Shown here: positions 52,740-62,765 of the stretch, piece after piece
Numbering within the stretch: the first letter of the stretch is position 1
Layout: every line of letters begins with the position of its first letter
Source: an uncultured Methanoregulaceae archaeon
GTDB lineage: Archaea > Halobacteriota > Methanomicrobia > Methanomicrobiales > Methanospirillaceae
DNA: 64,000 nucleotides
Direction of reading: 5' to 3'
NCBI GenBank assembly: GCA_963841015.1
Contig: CAWJAX010000002.1
Coordinates: 288,001-352,000, forward strand
Made by a program: the position numbers and the translations under genes
The notes under the pieces: generated by a model
What the model was told of the DNA's origin: nothing
What the model saw: only the letters and a program-made list of their open reading frames with translations
Databases searched by the model: none

Positions 52740-53918
52740 ATGCGCGTGTTTTTCATAGGTTTTGGTCAAGCGGGCGGTAAAATTGTCGATATGTTTATCG
52801 AGCAGGATAAAAAACTCGGAACGAACAGTTTCAGGGGTATTGCCGTCAATACCGCGCGAACCGACCTGATGGGTTTAAAAAATGTCGACATGAAAGACCG
52901 GATTCTTATCGGTCAGACCATGCTCAAAGGTCATGGTGTGGGTACCGACAATGTAACCGGGGCTCGTGTAACGGCTGATGAAATTGACAGTATAATCAGT
53001 GCTATTGATGTCAGGGGTACTCATGATGTTGATGCATTTGTCATCGTAGCCGGGCTTGGTGGGGGTACCGGATCCGGTGGCTCACCGGTACTTGCCCGGC
53101 ATCTCAAACGCATCTATCGTGAACCGGTCTATGCACTGGGAATAATTCCTGCGCCCGAAGAGGGGCGACTTTACTCCTATAATGCAGCCCGCAGCCTTAC
53201 AACACTGGTAAATGAGTGCGATAACACGTTTATTTTTGACAACAGCGCCTGGAAAAACGAAGGCGAGAGTGTAAAAAGTGCATTCCAGCGCCTGAATAAT
53301 GAAGTGGTAAGAAGGTTCGGAGTGCTTTTCCGGGCGGGAGAAGTAAGTAAAATGGGCGTTGGTGAAATGGTTGTTGACTCAAGTGAAATTATCAACACGC
53401 TCAGGGGCGGGGGAATCACCTCTGTGGGATATGCAATTAGTGAGGTGATGAGCAAGCATACAAAGAAGCAACGAGGTATTATCAGAAATCTGAAGGACAA
53501 GATCGGGGGGAAGCGGGAAGCAAACGAAGAAGTCCTGCTCGGGGAGGATAAGGCCGCAAAAATCGTTGCTCTTGTACGCCGTGCGATGCTCGGACGTCTC
53601 ACCCTTCCCTGTGATTACTCCACTGCAGAGCGGGCTCTGGTTCTGCTTGCCGGTCCACCGGATGAAATGGATCGCAAAGGTGTTGAGAAAGCGAAGAGCT
53701 GGGTCGAAGAGAACATTGCGGGTGTTGAGGTGCGGGGTGGGGATTACCCGGTAAACAGCGACTATGTTGCAGCAGTTGTGATGCTCGCTACTGTTGGAAA
53801 TGCACCAAGAATCAAAGAGCTTCTCGATATTGCCAAAGAGACCAAGGAAGATGTTATTAAGTCCAAGGAGAAAAAATCAACTATGTTTGAAGAAGGCATA
53901 GATCCATTATTTGAGTGA
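52740..53918 (+). CDS. cetZ: CetZ tubulin-superfamily protein
   Basis: IGFGQAGGKIVD, AVNTARTDL, KGHGVG, GLGGGTGSGG, FDN.AW and VVDSSEIINTL are CetZ-type rather than FtsZ-type signatures. Confidence 0.88.
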   Translation: MRVFFIGFGQAGGKIVDMFIEQDKKLGTNSFRGIAVNTARTDLMGLKNVDMKDRILIGQTMLKGHGVGTDNVTGARVTADEIDSIISAIDVRGTHDVDAFVIVAGLGGGTGSGGSPVLARHLKRIYREPVYALGIIPAPEEGRLYSYNAARSLTTLVNECDNTFIFDNSAWKNEGESVKSAFQRLNNEVVRRFGVLFRAGEVSKMGVGEMVVDSSEIINTLRGGGITSVGYAISEVMSKHTKKQRGIIRNLKDKIGGKREANEEVLLGEDKAAKIVALVRRAMLGRLTLPCDYSTAERALVLLAGPPDEMDRKGVEKAKSWVEENIAGVEVRGGDYPVNSDYVAAVVMLATVGNAPRIKELLDIAKETKEDVIKSKEKKSTMFEEGIDPLFE

Positions 53919-53926
53919 GGTTTACC

Positions 53927-55032
53927 ATGAAGGGATTAATGAAATGGACTGTTCTTATACTATTTCTCATTGTGTGTATTCATGCTGTGTCTGCAATTTC
54001 TGTGGAATCCATAACGGTTGATCCTTCAGGGTCACTGACCCCCGGTACTCCCGTAACGGTTCAATTCAAGATTGATACCAGTGGTTTCCCTTCTGGCGGG
54101 GAGATACGCCTTTTCACTGATGTCGATAATCCAAAATGGACATATACGGTCATTGTAAATGGTATTGAAAATTTACGACCTGTGGAGGGTGGTCGGACCC
54201 TTGCCATCAGCGGTTTTGAGCTGAGTTACAAACCCTCTGATGATGTGTCTGTCCGGACTACCCTGGAAGGAGTTGCTCCTTCTGTGACCCAGACTGCCAA
54301 CAAAACGATTGTCAGGATTACGGAATATGATGCAAATGGCAAACCTGTCACGAGTTCACAAGTCGAAAAAACAGCACTGGTTATCAATACCGGGGAAGTT
54401 GCCTCAACAATTGCTTCTGCTGATGCAGAACTTCAGGTTTACCGGACGCATATCGATGAAAAGGCTGCGTTGGGTATCGACACCGCCTTGGCCGAGGAAA
54501 AATATAACGAAGCACAGGCGAAGGTGGACTCCGCCCGCTCCCGCCCATCAAATGAATATGCAGGAGCACTGGGGGATCTCACTGCAGCCACAGCTGCTAT
54601 TTCGGGGGGGAAACTGCTCTTGACAAGTCATGGGCGGAATACGAAGTTGCAGCAGCCCAGGTTCCCATCAACAACGTTGATGCCATTATCGCATGGTTTA
54701 AAGGTAATTCCAGCACGGCCAATGATCAGCAACTCCCTACCATTATTACAAAACGTGAAGTGGCAGTGAGTTACATCTCAAATGCAAATGACCACATTGC
54801 TGAGGGTGAATTTGGACTGGCCCGTCAAAAGGCACAGGATGCTTTTTTGAAAGCGAATGAATCGTATACAGAAGCACTTACACGCCAAAAAGAAGTCTCT
54901 TCGGGATGGATACCCTCGATCCCAAAAATTAACAGCACTATGTTTATTATTTTAGGGGTAGTTGCAGTTATTCTGGTTGTGGTGGGGGTTATTATCTACC
55001 GCAAACGATCCCGATGGGACGAACTTGGGTAA
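53927..55032 (+). CDS. secreted protein with helical stalk, C-terminal TM and RKRSRWDELG tail; -1 indel in G7 54604-54610
   Basis: G8 joins ORF 53915..54769 to the frame of 54760..55032 (ISGGETALDKSWAEYEVAAAQVPINNVDAIIAWFK...). Confidence 0.8.
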
Positions 55033-55228
55033 TTCCTTTTTTTATCCCCTGTTTTCTCAATTTTGTTACTTCAATACATGTTCAAGGGTAAATTACCAAT
55101 TCAGCCCCAATTTTTTTATTCTCACCATGACGTTATTAAAAAAAAATATTTCGTAATCAAAACCGAAATGAGAAAAGTGATGATGATTTTCAGACATCAC
55201 TTTTTCGTGAGATGGCTCCTGTATACAG

Positions 55229-55295
55229 GTTTATCGCATCGCGGGGGTCGCCACAGCGGCCGGGGCGGTGGCTTTACTGAAGCCCCCAGGAGCGT
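55229..55295. repeat. dispersed intergenic repeat family A, copy 3 (partial)
   Basis: TTATCGCATCGCGGGGGTCGCCACAGCGG...GAAGCCCCCAGGAGCGT aligns to 46071-46140. Confidence 0.75.
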
Positions 55296-55401
55296 GATAC
55301 CTATTGACTGTTGTATTATTTCCTGAAGATTTTATGAAAACTTCAGGAGGTAAAATTACAAGGTACCCCAAAAAAAAGAGAAATTACCAAAAATGATGCG
55401 T

Positions 55402-57039
55402 TCATGAACCCTGTTGGGGAGTAAAAACATCGATATTTATACTTCCCATTCTGCCATCCCGGTGGAGATAATAATCGATCAACCGGTTTTCGTTGTCATA
55501 GTATGAAAACCAGTAACCTAGTTTGTAAGTATTCTTGTCATAACCTTGAATGGAGGGATAACTTGCTGCATCGTGGAGTATGATTACTCCGGGTTTACCC
55601 TGGATAAGGGTTTGTTCATCAGTGGTATCCCCATAAAATTTGATTTTATTCCACTGATCGCCCCGGTAATACCAGGGAAGTGGCCAGTAATTTTGTGATG
55701 CAACGACAACAGTATCGGACGCATCGATAAGACGCATGACATCTCGCAGATCTTCGGAATTCTGTACCTGGACGATCGGTTCATTGATATCTGCAGGAAT
55801 AAATGCCACGTGCCACGTCATGAGAATGAGGAACAGACATCCCACGAGAGCAAAAACTATCTTTTGCCAGTTCAGCTTGTACACGGCGACAAAGCACATC
55901 GGGAGCAACTGGGGGATGATTAACCATGGCACTTTCTCACCCACCACTGCATAAAATGCCATCATCATGATCATCCAGTATATGCAAAATCCGAAAAATG
56001 CATCAGATCCGGATTGACTATGTTTCGGTGTCTTAATCTGCTGCAGAGTCATTGCGGCAAGTTCAGCAGTAGGGAGCACGGAACCGCGATAGGTAAACCA
56101 GTTTTTGAAACGTCTGATGAACAGGGATCTGTTATAGTCTTTAAACACGAACTGCACAGTCCCAATCATTGCAAGGATAAAGATCGGCAATTCGTACAAC
56201 AAATAAAGCGGGAGATAGTAGAACCATGGTCCTCCCAAACGTTGCTGGTTATGCATCGCTGTCCAGTGTTCAACAGCTTTATACCAGCCGGTTGTATTCA
56301 GGGCGAAATTCTGGCCGACAAGCGTTTCGATATGGAAACCGAATGCGGAATACAGAACACTCATAATCGCGATGACGATGAAAGCTCCGAAGATACAATC
56401 ATATTTCCAGTCGTGAGGAAGTTTAAATTTTCCCTGCCAGACTGCATAGATGAAGAATGATACAAAGATGAGAAGGATGACCGGCATCTCCTCTTTGCAA
56501 GTGAGCCCACCTGCCATTGCTATCGCTGCAATGATCGCATATCTGGTTTGTCCGTATTCGAAATAATACAGAATGGCGACAAGGAGGAGGAACGAGAAGA
56601 AGAGCATAAAGATATCATGACGAAGGAAGCGGGAAAAGTATACCATATTGGGAGAAAGCGCAATAAGAAGAACCGCTAAAAGGGTCTGTTTCTTATTGAT
56701 ATATCCAATGCGATAGATACAATATACGAGTGGTATGAGAAGGGCTCCAAAGAGTGAAGGAAGCAACCGGGCGACGAGGTCTGAATCTCCAAAAAGGGAG
56801 AACATCCCGGCAGTTACGTAATAGAGAAACGGTCCATGATAACTTGGATCATATATCCATGTGCCTTTTGTCAGCAGCTCGTAGGAAAACCATGCATGAA
56901 TAGCCTCATCATGATGAAGCAATTTGAGATCCAGATGCCAGAACCGAATAAAAACCGCAAGAATAAAAATGAAAAGAAAAATTCTTTCAAAGGTAAAAAA
57001 ATATTTGATTTTCTGAGATAATTCAGCGGCCTGCTGCAC
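55402..57039 (-). CDS. TIGR03663/Agl23-family PMT-like (GT-C) membrane protein
   Basis: HHDEAIH, YDPSYHGPFLYY, YFSRFLRHD, KE, GEKVPWL and YWPLPWY. Confidence 0.88.
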   Translation of the reverse strand: MQQAAELSQKIKYFFTFERIFLFIFILAVFIRFWHLDLKLLHHDEAIHAWFSYELLTKGTWIYDPSYHGPFLYYVTAGMFSLFGDSDLVARLLPSLFGALLIPLVYCIYRIGYINKKQTLLAVLLIALSPNMVYFSRFLRHDIFMLFFSFLLLVAILYYFEYGQTRYAIIAAIAMAGGLTCKEEMPVILLIFVSFFIYAVWQGKFKLPHDWKYDCIFGAFIVIAIMSVLYSAFGFHIETLVGQNFALNTTGWYKAVEHWTAMHNQQRLGGPWFYYLPLYLLYELPIFILAMIGTVQFVFKDYNRSLFIRRFKNWFTYRGSVLPTAELAAMTLQQIKTPKHSQSGSDAFFGFCIYWMIMMMAFYAVVGEKVPWLIIPQLLPMCFVAVYKLNWQKIVFALVGCLFLILMTWHVAFIPADINEPIVQVQNSEDLRDVMRLIDASDTVVVASQNYWPLPWYYRGDQWNKIKFYGDTTDEQTLIQGKPGVIILHDAASYPSIQGYDKNTYKLGYWFSYYDNENRLIDYYLHRDGRMGSINIDVFTPQQGS

Positions 57040-57048
57040 GCCGCACCT

Positions 57049-57357
57049 TTAACTCTCTAATACAATTTCAATACCGATATCTTTTGGCACCTGAATGCGC
57101 ATGAGCTGACGGAGTGCCCGTTCATCGGCATCGATATCGATGAGGCGCTTGTGAATGCGCATCTGCCAGCGGTCCCAGGAGGCAGTTCCCTCACCGTCCG
57201 GGCTCTTGCGAATTGGTACAACCAACCGTTTGGTCGGGAGCGGAATCGGACCGGCCAGATTTACACCTGTGCGTTCTGCAATCTCGCGGATTTTATCACA
57301 GACCATTTCTACTTTATTAAAATCAGTCCCTGTCAGGCGAATTCTGGCTTTTTGCAT
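57049..57357 (-). CDS. rpsJ: 30S ribosomal protein S10
   Basis: [15 protein letters not shown] and [10 protein letters not shown]. Confidence 0.97.
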   Translation of the reverse strand: MQKARIRLTGTDFNKVEMVCDKIREIAERTGVNLAGPIPLPTKRLVVPIRKSPDGEGTASWDRWQMRIHKRLIDIDADERALRQLMRIQVPKDIGIEIVLES

Positions 57358-57378
57358 GTTATTTTCCCCCAAAAAAAA

Positions 57379-58656
57379 TTATCTCATTTGTTTTGCCTGA
57401 ATGGCGATACACATACCAGCCGCAATTGTTGTACCCATATCCCTGACGGCAAACCTGCCAAGTTGCGGGAGCTCCTTGACTGTCTCAATAACCATCGGTT
57501 TTGTTGGTTTGACAACAACAATTGCGGCGTCCCCCGTCTTGAGGAACGTCGGGTTTTCCTCTTTGGTCTGACCTGTTCGTGGATCAAGTTTCTTTTTGAG
57601 CTCCATAAAGGTACATGCTGTCTGGGTTGTGTGACAGTGGAAGACCGGGGTATACCCGACCGTGAGAGCGCTCGGGTGCTGGAGCACGACTATCTGTGCA
57701 GTGAATTCTTCTGCAACGGTGGGTGGTGCTTCCGCGGGTCCGCACACATCGCCCCGGCGGATATCTCCTTTTCCGATACCGCGGACGTTGAAACCGATAT
57801 TGTCACCGGGCACTGCCTGGGGAATTTCTTCATGGTGCATCTCGATGGACTTGATTTCTCCATCCTTGTTGGCGGGCATGAACGATACTTTCATTCCCTT
57901 TTTCATGATTCCTGTTTCCACGCGACCTACAGGAACCGTACCGATCCCGCTGATGCTGTAAACATCCTGGATTGGCAGACGGAGTGGCTTGTCGGTTGGT
58001 TTATCAGGTGACTTGAATGTGTCGAGAGCAGCAATAAGTGGCAGGCCTTTGTACCAGGGTGTTTCCGGGCTGATTACCTTGATATTCTGACCGCCCAATG
58101 CGCTGATGGGTATGAAAAGAGTCTCATCAGGTTTGTATCCCACCATTTTGATGAGGTCTGAAAGATCTTTCTTGACTTCATTGAAACGTTTCTCATCGAA
58201 TTTTACTGCATCCATTTTATTGATTGCAATAATGATCTGGGCGATACCGAGCGTTCTTGCGAGGAAGACGTGTTCCTTTGTCTGCTCCATAACCCCGTCA
58301 GGAGCTGCTACGACGAGAATTGCAGCATCTGCCTGTGATGCACCGGTGATCATGTTTTTGACGAAGTCTCTGTGTCCCGGGCAGTCGACAACCGTGAAAT
58401 AAAATTTCGGGGTATCAAATCGCTTGTGGGCGATATCAATGGTGATACCACGTTCACGCTCTTCTTTTAAGTTGTCCATTACCCAGGCGAATTCAAAGGT
58501 TGCCTTTCCCTTTGACTCAGCCTCCTTCTTGTAACCTTCAATAATGTGTGCAGGTACTGCACCGGTCTCGAACATCATTCTCCCGACGGTTGTAGACTTG
58601 CCGTGGTCAATGTGTCCGATAACAGCCAGATTCATATGGGGCTTTTCAGATGCCAT
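57379..58656 (-). CDS. tuf: translation elongation factor EF-1alpha
   Basis: [29 protein letters not shown] and GRFAVRDMG. Confidence 0.98.
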   Translation of the reverse strand: MASEKPHMNLAVIGHIDHGKSTTVGRMMFETGAVPAHIIEGYKKEAESKGKATFEFAWVMDNLKEERERGITIDIAHKRFDTPKFYFTVVDCPGHRDFVKNMITGASQADAAILVVAAPDGVMEQTKEHVFLARTLGIAQIIIAINKMDAVKFDEKRFNEVKKDLSDLIKMVGYKPDETLFIPISALGGQNIKVISPETPWYKGLPLIAALDTFKSPDKPTDKPLRLPIQDVYSISGIGTVPVGRVETGIMKKGMKVSFMPANKDGEIKSIEMHHEEIPQAVPGDNIGFNVRGIGKGDIRRGDVCGPAEAPPTVAEEFTAQIVVLQHPSALTVGYTPVFHCHTTQTACTFMELKKKLDPRTGQTKEENPTFLKTGDAAIVVVKPTKPMVIETVKELPQLGRFAVRDMGTTIAAGMCIAIQAKQMR

Positions 58657-58821
58657 TTTGTTCCTCCAAAAGTTGTGGGACTGTCCGCTTACAGTCAGTT
58701 TATGCGAGTATTACATATATGAGACCCATCTATATAAATTATTTCGATTCAAAAAATACGGTTCTCGGATGAAAATAATGCATCGACACTATGATATCTG
58801 ATGCTTGAATACCTTCTCACT

Positions 58822-59118
58822 ATGAAGACATTGTCATTTCAGCGGGACGAAAAAAAGAACCGGGTTACGGTTTCATGCGCCGATGGTGATATTTCTGTGT
58901 ATAGTCATTGTGCCTACTGCTGGCATTGCAAAGGGATTTGGATGGGAAAACGGCTGGTTCCATCTCCACAGATACAGGTACTGGCTGAGCTGAAGAAAGG
59001 AACCGCAAATGATGACTCCCTGATGAATGCTGCAATGATGTTTAATACACTTATCCGCGATGGGTCGTCGTTAGACTGTGATGATGACGAAAACCAGGGA
59101 TTCAAAGGACTCTACTAA
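58822..59118 (+). CDS. hypothetical Cys-rich protein
   Basis: C..HCAYCWHC..C pattern; divergent from tuf. Confidence 0.7.
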   Translation: MKTLSFQRDEKKNRVTVSCADGDISVYSHCAYCWHCKGIWMGKRLVPSPQIQVLAELKKGTANDDSLMNAAMMFNTLIRDGSSLDCDDDENQGFKGLY

Positions 59119-59326
59119 TAAGGACGATGGCCGGATTAAGTGTTTTGTAACTCTTTACCAAGGTACTCTGCCATTTATCCTGATGAAAAGAACGACTCTG
59201 TAGAAACGGGTATGAACTGATCGGATTCGCACTCGACCATGAAAATCGAATACCCAGTTTTTATTTTTATATGAATGGTTAATTTACCTTAGAAGATATT
59301 CATGGGAATTGCTCAATTATCAGCAT

Positions 59327-59498
59327 ACACTCAAGGGGGTTTCACCCCAGCCACTGTGGCTCCCCCGATACGATAAACCCCGAACCGGTGCTACGTCATC
59401 ATCCATAAGTGCAGGTGCGGTATGGGCGGACAGGGCACTGTCCCCTTCGTCATCGAACCAGCCTCTTGAATTTCATATCAATGGAAAAGGAATTCTAC
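59327..59498. repeat. dispersed intergenic repeat family A, copy 4 (most complete)
   Basis: The 5' part aligns to copies 2 and 3, the 3' part to copy 1. Contains the hairpin GGACAG-GGCA-CTGTCC. Confidence 0.8.
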
Positions 59499-59517
59499 CG
59501 AGCCAAAAGAAACTGTG

Positions 59518-60402
59518 TTAAAGACCCGGCTCTTTTTTTGTTATTTCCGAGGTCTCCCGTAAAATTTCCTGACGGAATTTTTCAAAATGGAGTTCATCAA
59601 GCTGTTCAGAAAGCAACCTCCCGCTCCACGCGCGGCGATAAACCCAGTTTACAATTTTTTCAATAACATAGAGGACGTGTTCTTCGTTTTCCAGGGTGAG
59701 CAGTTCCCTTCCGATACGGGGGTGTCGTCCCCGTCTTCCTCCCACAAGAATTAGGTAATGGCGATGTTCTGCTTTCAGGAGATCGAAAGGACATGACTGG
59801 ATGCAAACACCGCACTGGACACATTTGGAAGGATCGAGAATTGAAATCCCGTTTTTTATGATAATAGCGTTTTCCTTACAATATTCAACACAGGTACCGC
59901 AACCGGTACAGAGCCCGGCAGTTCTCAACGGCCGGATTCGTCCCATTATTCCAATCTCATTTAACATTGGACTTGTACAGGCGTTCGGGCATCCCGATAT
60001 GGCTATTCGCATTTTAACGGGCATTTCCTTACCGAATAATTTATGATCAATCTTTTTTGCAAGACCTATCGTATCGATATTGGCAAATTTGCAACGTTCA
60101 ATACCGGGACATGCTATGATATTGACAATCTCATCTCTTTCTGAACCAACAGGAGTGCCATTTTTCTCCAGAGCTTTCTCGATTTTTTTAAGTGATTTTG
60201 GATTGACATGGGGAATCTCAATAGTCTGACGTGTAGTACAGTGAACAGTTCCCGATCCGTATTTTTTTGCGATCGTTGCAATCCCTCGCACCTGCTCTAC
60301 AGACAGGATACCAGCAGGTGCTCTTATACGGACAGTGCAAAACTCTGCATCCCTTTCGGTGATAATCCCACCTTTCATATGAACGCCAAAATTCGTACGC
60401 AT
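59518..60402 (-). CDS. sulfite/nitrite reductase-like protein with ferredoxin domain (Dsr-LP type)
   Basis: RIRAPAG, TTRQ, CPGIERC...GCPNAC siroheme-Fe4S4 motif and two 4Fe-4S motifs. Confidence 0.85.
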   Translation of the reverse strand: MRTNFGVHMKGGIITERDAEFCTVRIRAPAGILSVEQVRGIATIAKKYGSGTVHCTTRQTIEIPHVNPKSLKKIEKALEKNGTPVGSERDEIVNIIACPGIERCKFANIDTIGLAKKIDHKLFGKEMPVKMRIAISGCPNACTSPMLNEIGIMGRIRPLRTAGLCTGCGTCVEYCKENAIIIKNGISILDPSKCVQCGVCIQSCPFDLLKAEHRHYLILVGGRRGRHPRIGRELLTLENEEHVLYVIEKIVNWVYRRAWSGRLLSEQLDELHFEKFRQEILRETSEITKKEPGL

Positions 60403-60455
60403 CAAACAGTAATGAGGGGAATCTGGTTATAAAATATGATGTTGTGGCAGGAAAA

Positions 60456-61166
60456 TCAGATGAGAGCAATGGCCAGGATAACACATGCACGGGTAATCTC
60501 GTTTGAGGCACCAACGATATCGCCATTAACTCCTCCAAATAACCTTTTTGAAATGACAAAGAGAACTGCCGGACATACCACCATTGCTATAGCGGCACCG
60601 GCAAGTTTGCTGGGAGACACCGGAAGAAAAACAAGCGGCAGACAGAACAGCGCTGCAATGAACGGGAAGTATGGTTTCGAGAACTGGTGGAGATAACTAT
60701 GTAGCCCCTCCCTGAACGGAGTGCCATAGGTTGTGAGAAGAGCCATAGAAAATTTTGCACAGACCTCGCCGATGATTATCGCAATAATGATGGATGAGGA
60801 TGCCTGCAGTCCTGCGAACAACAGAATTGTTACGGCAATTCCAGCAGCAATACCTCCTGCTCCGACATTACGGTCTGTCAGGGCCCTGATTCTTTTCTCA
60901 CGGTCTCCGTGAGCCATCAGGCCGTCTCCGAGATCAAGTAATCCGTCAAAATGATGGGCCCCGGTAATCAGGAGGATGCATGCTATAGCAACTGCGGCAG
61001 CAATTGTCTGGTCTGCAATGAAAAAAACCGCGAGTGCAGTAAGACCGCCAATGATATAACCGGCACACGGATAGATATACGAATGTCGGGCGAAAGTTTC
61101 CAGATCCTGCGGTTTACCCAGCGGGAGTATGGTAGCGAACTGGAGCAGGGAGATGAGAGCTTTCAT
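60456..61166 (-). CDS. cobS: adenosylcobinamide-GDP ribazoletransferase
   Basis: TGAHHFDGLLDLGDG, D..VGAGG and FGGVNGDIVGA. Confidence 0.92.
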   Translation of the reverse strand: MKALISLLQFATILPLGKPQDLETFARHSYIYPCAGYIIGGLTALAVFFIADQTIAAAVAIACILLITGAHHFDGLLDLGDGLMAHGDREKRIRALTDRNVGAGGIAAGIAVTILLFAGLQASSSIIIAIIIGEVCAKFSMALLTTYGTPFREGLHSYLHQFSKPYFPFIAALFCLPLVFLPVSPSKLAGAAIAMVVCPAVLFVISKRLFGGVNGDIVGASNEITRACVILAIALI

Positions 61167-61597
61167 ACACAATCGCTGTATAGGCGTGAGGTGCATCCAG
61201 CAATCAATCCAGCTATGGCATCATCGAGAAATGGTCCGAGCTTTGATAATATCCCGGGCTTTTTCTGGTCATACCGGGTAAACTCAAACCTGGCATAGGT
61301 CCCCCCGATGCACTCCGCGATCGCCATTCCGATAATCTCATCACTTAACAGAAAAACCGGATCATCTGCAATTTCTGAATTCTTTCGCCTGCAAAAAAGT
61401 TCATCTTCAAGAAGGATTGCCCCCAGGAGTAAAGAGGATACATTGGGATCATCGAAACATTTAACTATTTTTCGCTTGATCTCTGCCGCTGCCTGGTCCT
61501 CCGGCATGCCATGGGAAACATATAATTCCATGGCTGCAGCGACAATATCTTCACATGATATTCCTCTATTGAGTAATCGCTGTTCAATTTCAAACAT
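61163..61597 (-). CDS. cobZ: alpha-ribazole phosphatase CobZ (PgpA family)
   Basis: DPNV, DDPVFLLSDE, YDQKKPGIL and PFLDD; overlaps the cobS start. Confidence 0.85.
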   Translation of the reverse strand: MFEIEQRLLNRGISCEDIVAAAMELYVSHGMPEDQAAAEIKRKIVKCFDDPNVSSLLLGAILLEDELFCRRKNSEIADDPVFLLSDEIIGMAIAECIGGTYARFEFTRYDQKKPGILSKLGPFLDDAIAGLIAGCTSRLYSDCV

Positions 61598-61717
61598 GTG
61601 ATAGGTGTTCTGGTGACTGAACTATTATATCGTTGTGGAATTTTTTTATAACCGATGTTTTGAAAAAAACCGATATCTTCAAACTTATATGAACAGAAAA
61701 TAAATGAGTTGTTTACC

Positions 61718-62728
61718 ATGGGATTTCTGTCCAAAATACCAGATATTATTTTTCGTAACCCCCTTTATTGTGGTATCCTTGGCAACACGCTCCTCTCCAC
61801 CGTTCCTGGCGTTTCCGGTGCCGGGGCCACCCCGGAAAAGACCCTCCTGACCCCGGTCCTTGACGCAGAGCTGGTTACATGGGGTGCTATTTCGAGTCAA
61901 AAGGTTAGACCTGACACTCCGACCGGCTGCCCGACTCCTGCATCAATTACCCGGGCGATGATGAACCTGTGTGGTATGCAACCCTTGTTCATCAATGCCG
62001 GTCTCCGCTATAAACCAACAGTTCCCTGTCTTGATGTATATGGTGATGTTGGTGAAGACCCCCGGTTCCGTGATGCGGTTCCCCGTGCACAGGACCTTGT
62101 AATGAAGGGAGAATTCATTGGCAGATTCCTCTCAAAAAGCAGTGATCTTCTTGTCCTGGGAGAATGTGTTCCCGGAGGAACCACAACAGCCCTGTGTGTA
62201 ATGCGGGCACTGGGATATCAGGCATCGGTGAGCAGCAGTTTTGTGAATAATCCGGTAACGATAAAAGAAGAAATCTGCCGGGGAGCACTTGGTAGGATCA
62301 AGGCAGATGCAATTACCTCTCCTGTCGATATCATCCGATACACCGGTGATCCCATGATGGCGGTGGCTGTTGGCATTGCGAAGTCCTATTCCGGAGAACT
62401 CATTCTTGCCGGGGGTACCCAGATGCTTGCAGTAAGTGCTGTCATAAAAGCCGAGGCAGGATCCCTGCCTTACGTAGTTACAACATCCTATGTGAGAGAC
62501 GATCCTTCAGCGAATGTCCAGCAGATTGCAGAACAGATCGGTGTTAACATCATCTATGTGGATCCGGGTTTTGGAGATATCGGCCATTCCGGCCTTGCCC
62601 GGTACTGTATCGGTGAAGTGAAGGAAGGGATGGGGGCCGGTGGTGCGATGTGTCTGGCAAATCTCCTTGGGCATTCACCTGACGTTATAAGAAAAACAAT
62701 ACTCGCCGCGGTGAATGCCTATTGCTGA
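61718..62728 (+). CDS. cobT: nicotinate-nucleotide-dimethylbenzimidazole phosphoribosyltransferase (archaeal CobT)
   Basis: PGVSGAG, PTPASIT, GECVPGGTTTA, LAGGTQM and VKEGMGAGG. Confidence 0.9.
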   Translation: MGFLSKIPDIIFRNPLYCGILGNTLLSTVPGVSGAGATPEKTLLTPVLDAELVTWGAISSQKVRPDTPTGCPTPASITRAMMNLCGMQPLFINAGLRYKPTVPCLDVYGDVGEDPRFRDAVPRAQDLVMKGEFIGRFLSKSSDLLVLGECVPGGTTTALCVMRALGYQASVSSSFVNNPVTIKEEICRGALGRIKADAITSPVDIIRYTGDPMMAVAVGIAKSYSGELILAGGTQMLAVSAVIKAEAGSLPYVVTTSYVRDDPSANVQQIAEQIGVNIIYVDPGFGDIGHSGLARYCIGEVKEGMGAGGAMCLANLLGHSPDVIRKTILAAVNAYC

Positions 62729-62765
62729 ACAGGCTTATAGGATTTAAAATACAAACATTCCTGTA

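Noticed and set aside
57151-58011. Long antisense ORFs (also 9563..10504, 11798..12688, 17459..18466, 21088..21891, 41820..42638)
   Set aside because: They are shadows of conserved genes on the opposite strand and have no recognisable motifs.
57049-58656. tuf-rpsJ separated from rps7/fusA
   Set aside because: Splitting of the str cluster is a common arrangement in euryarchaea.
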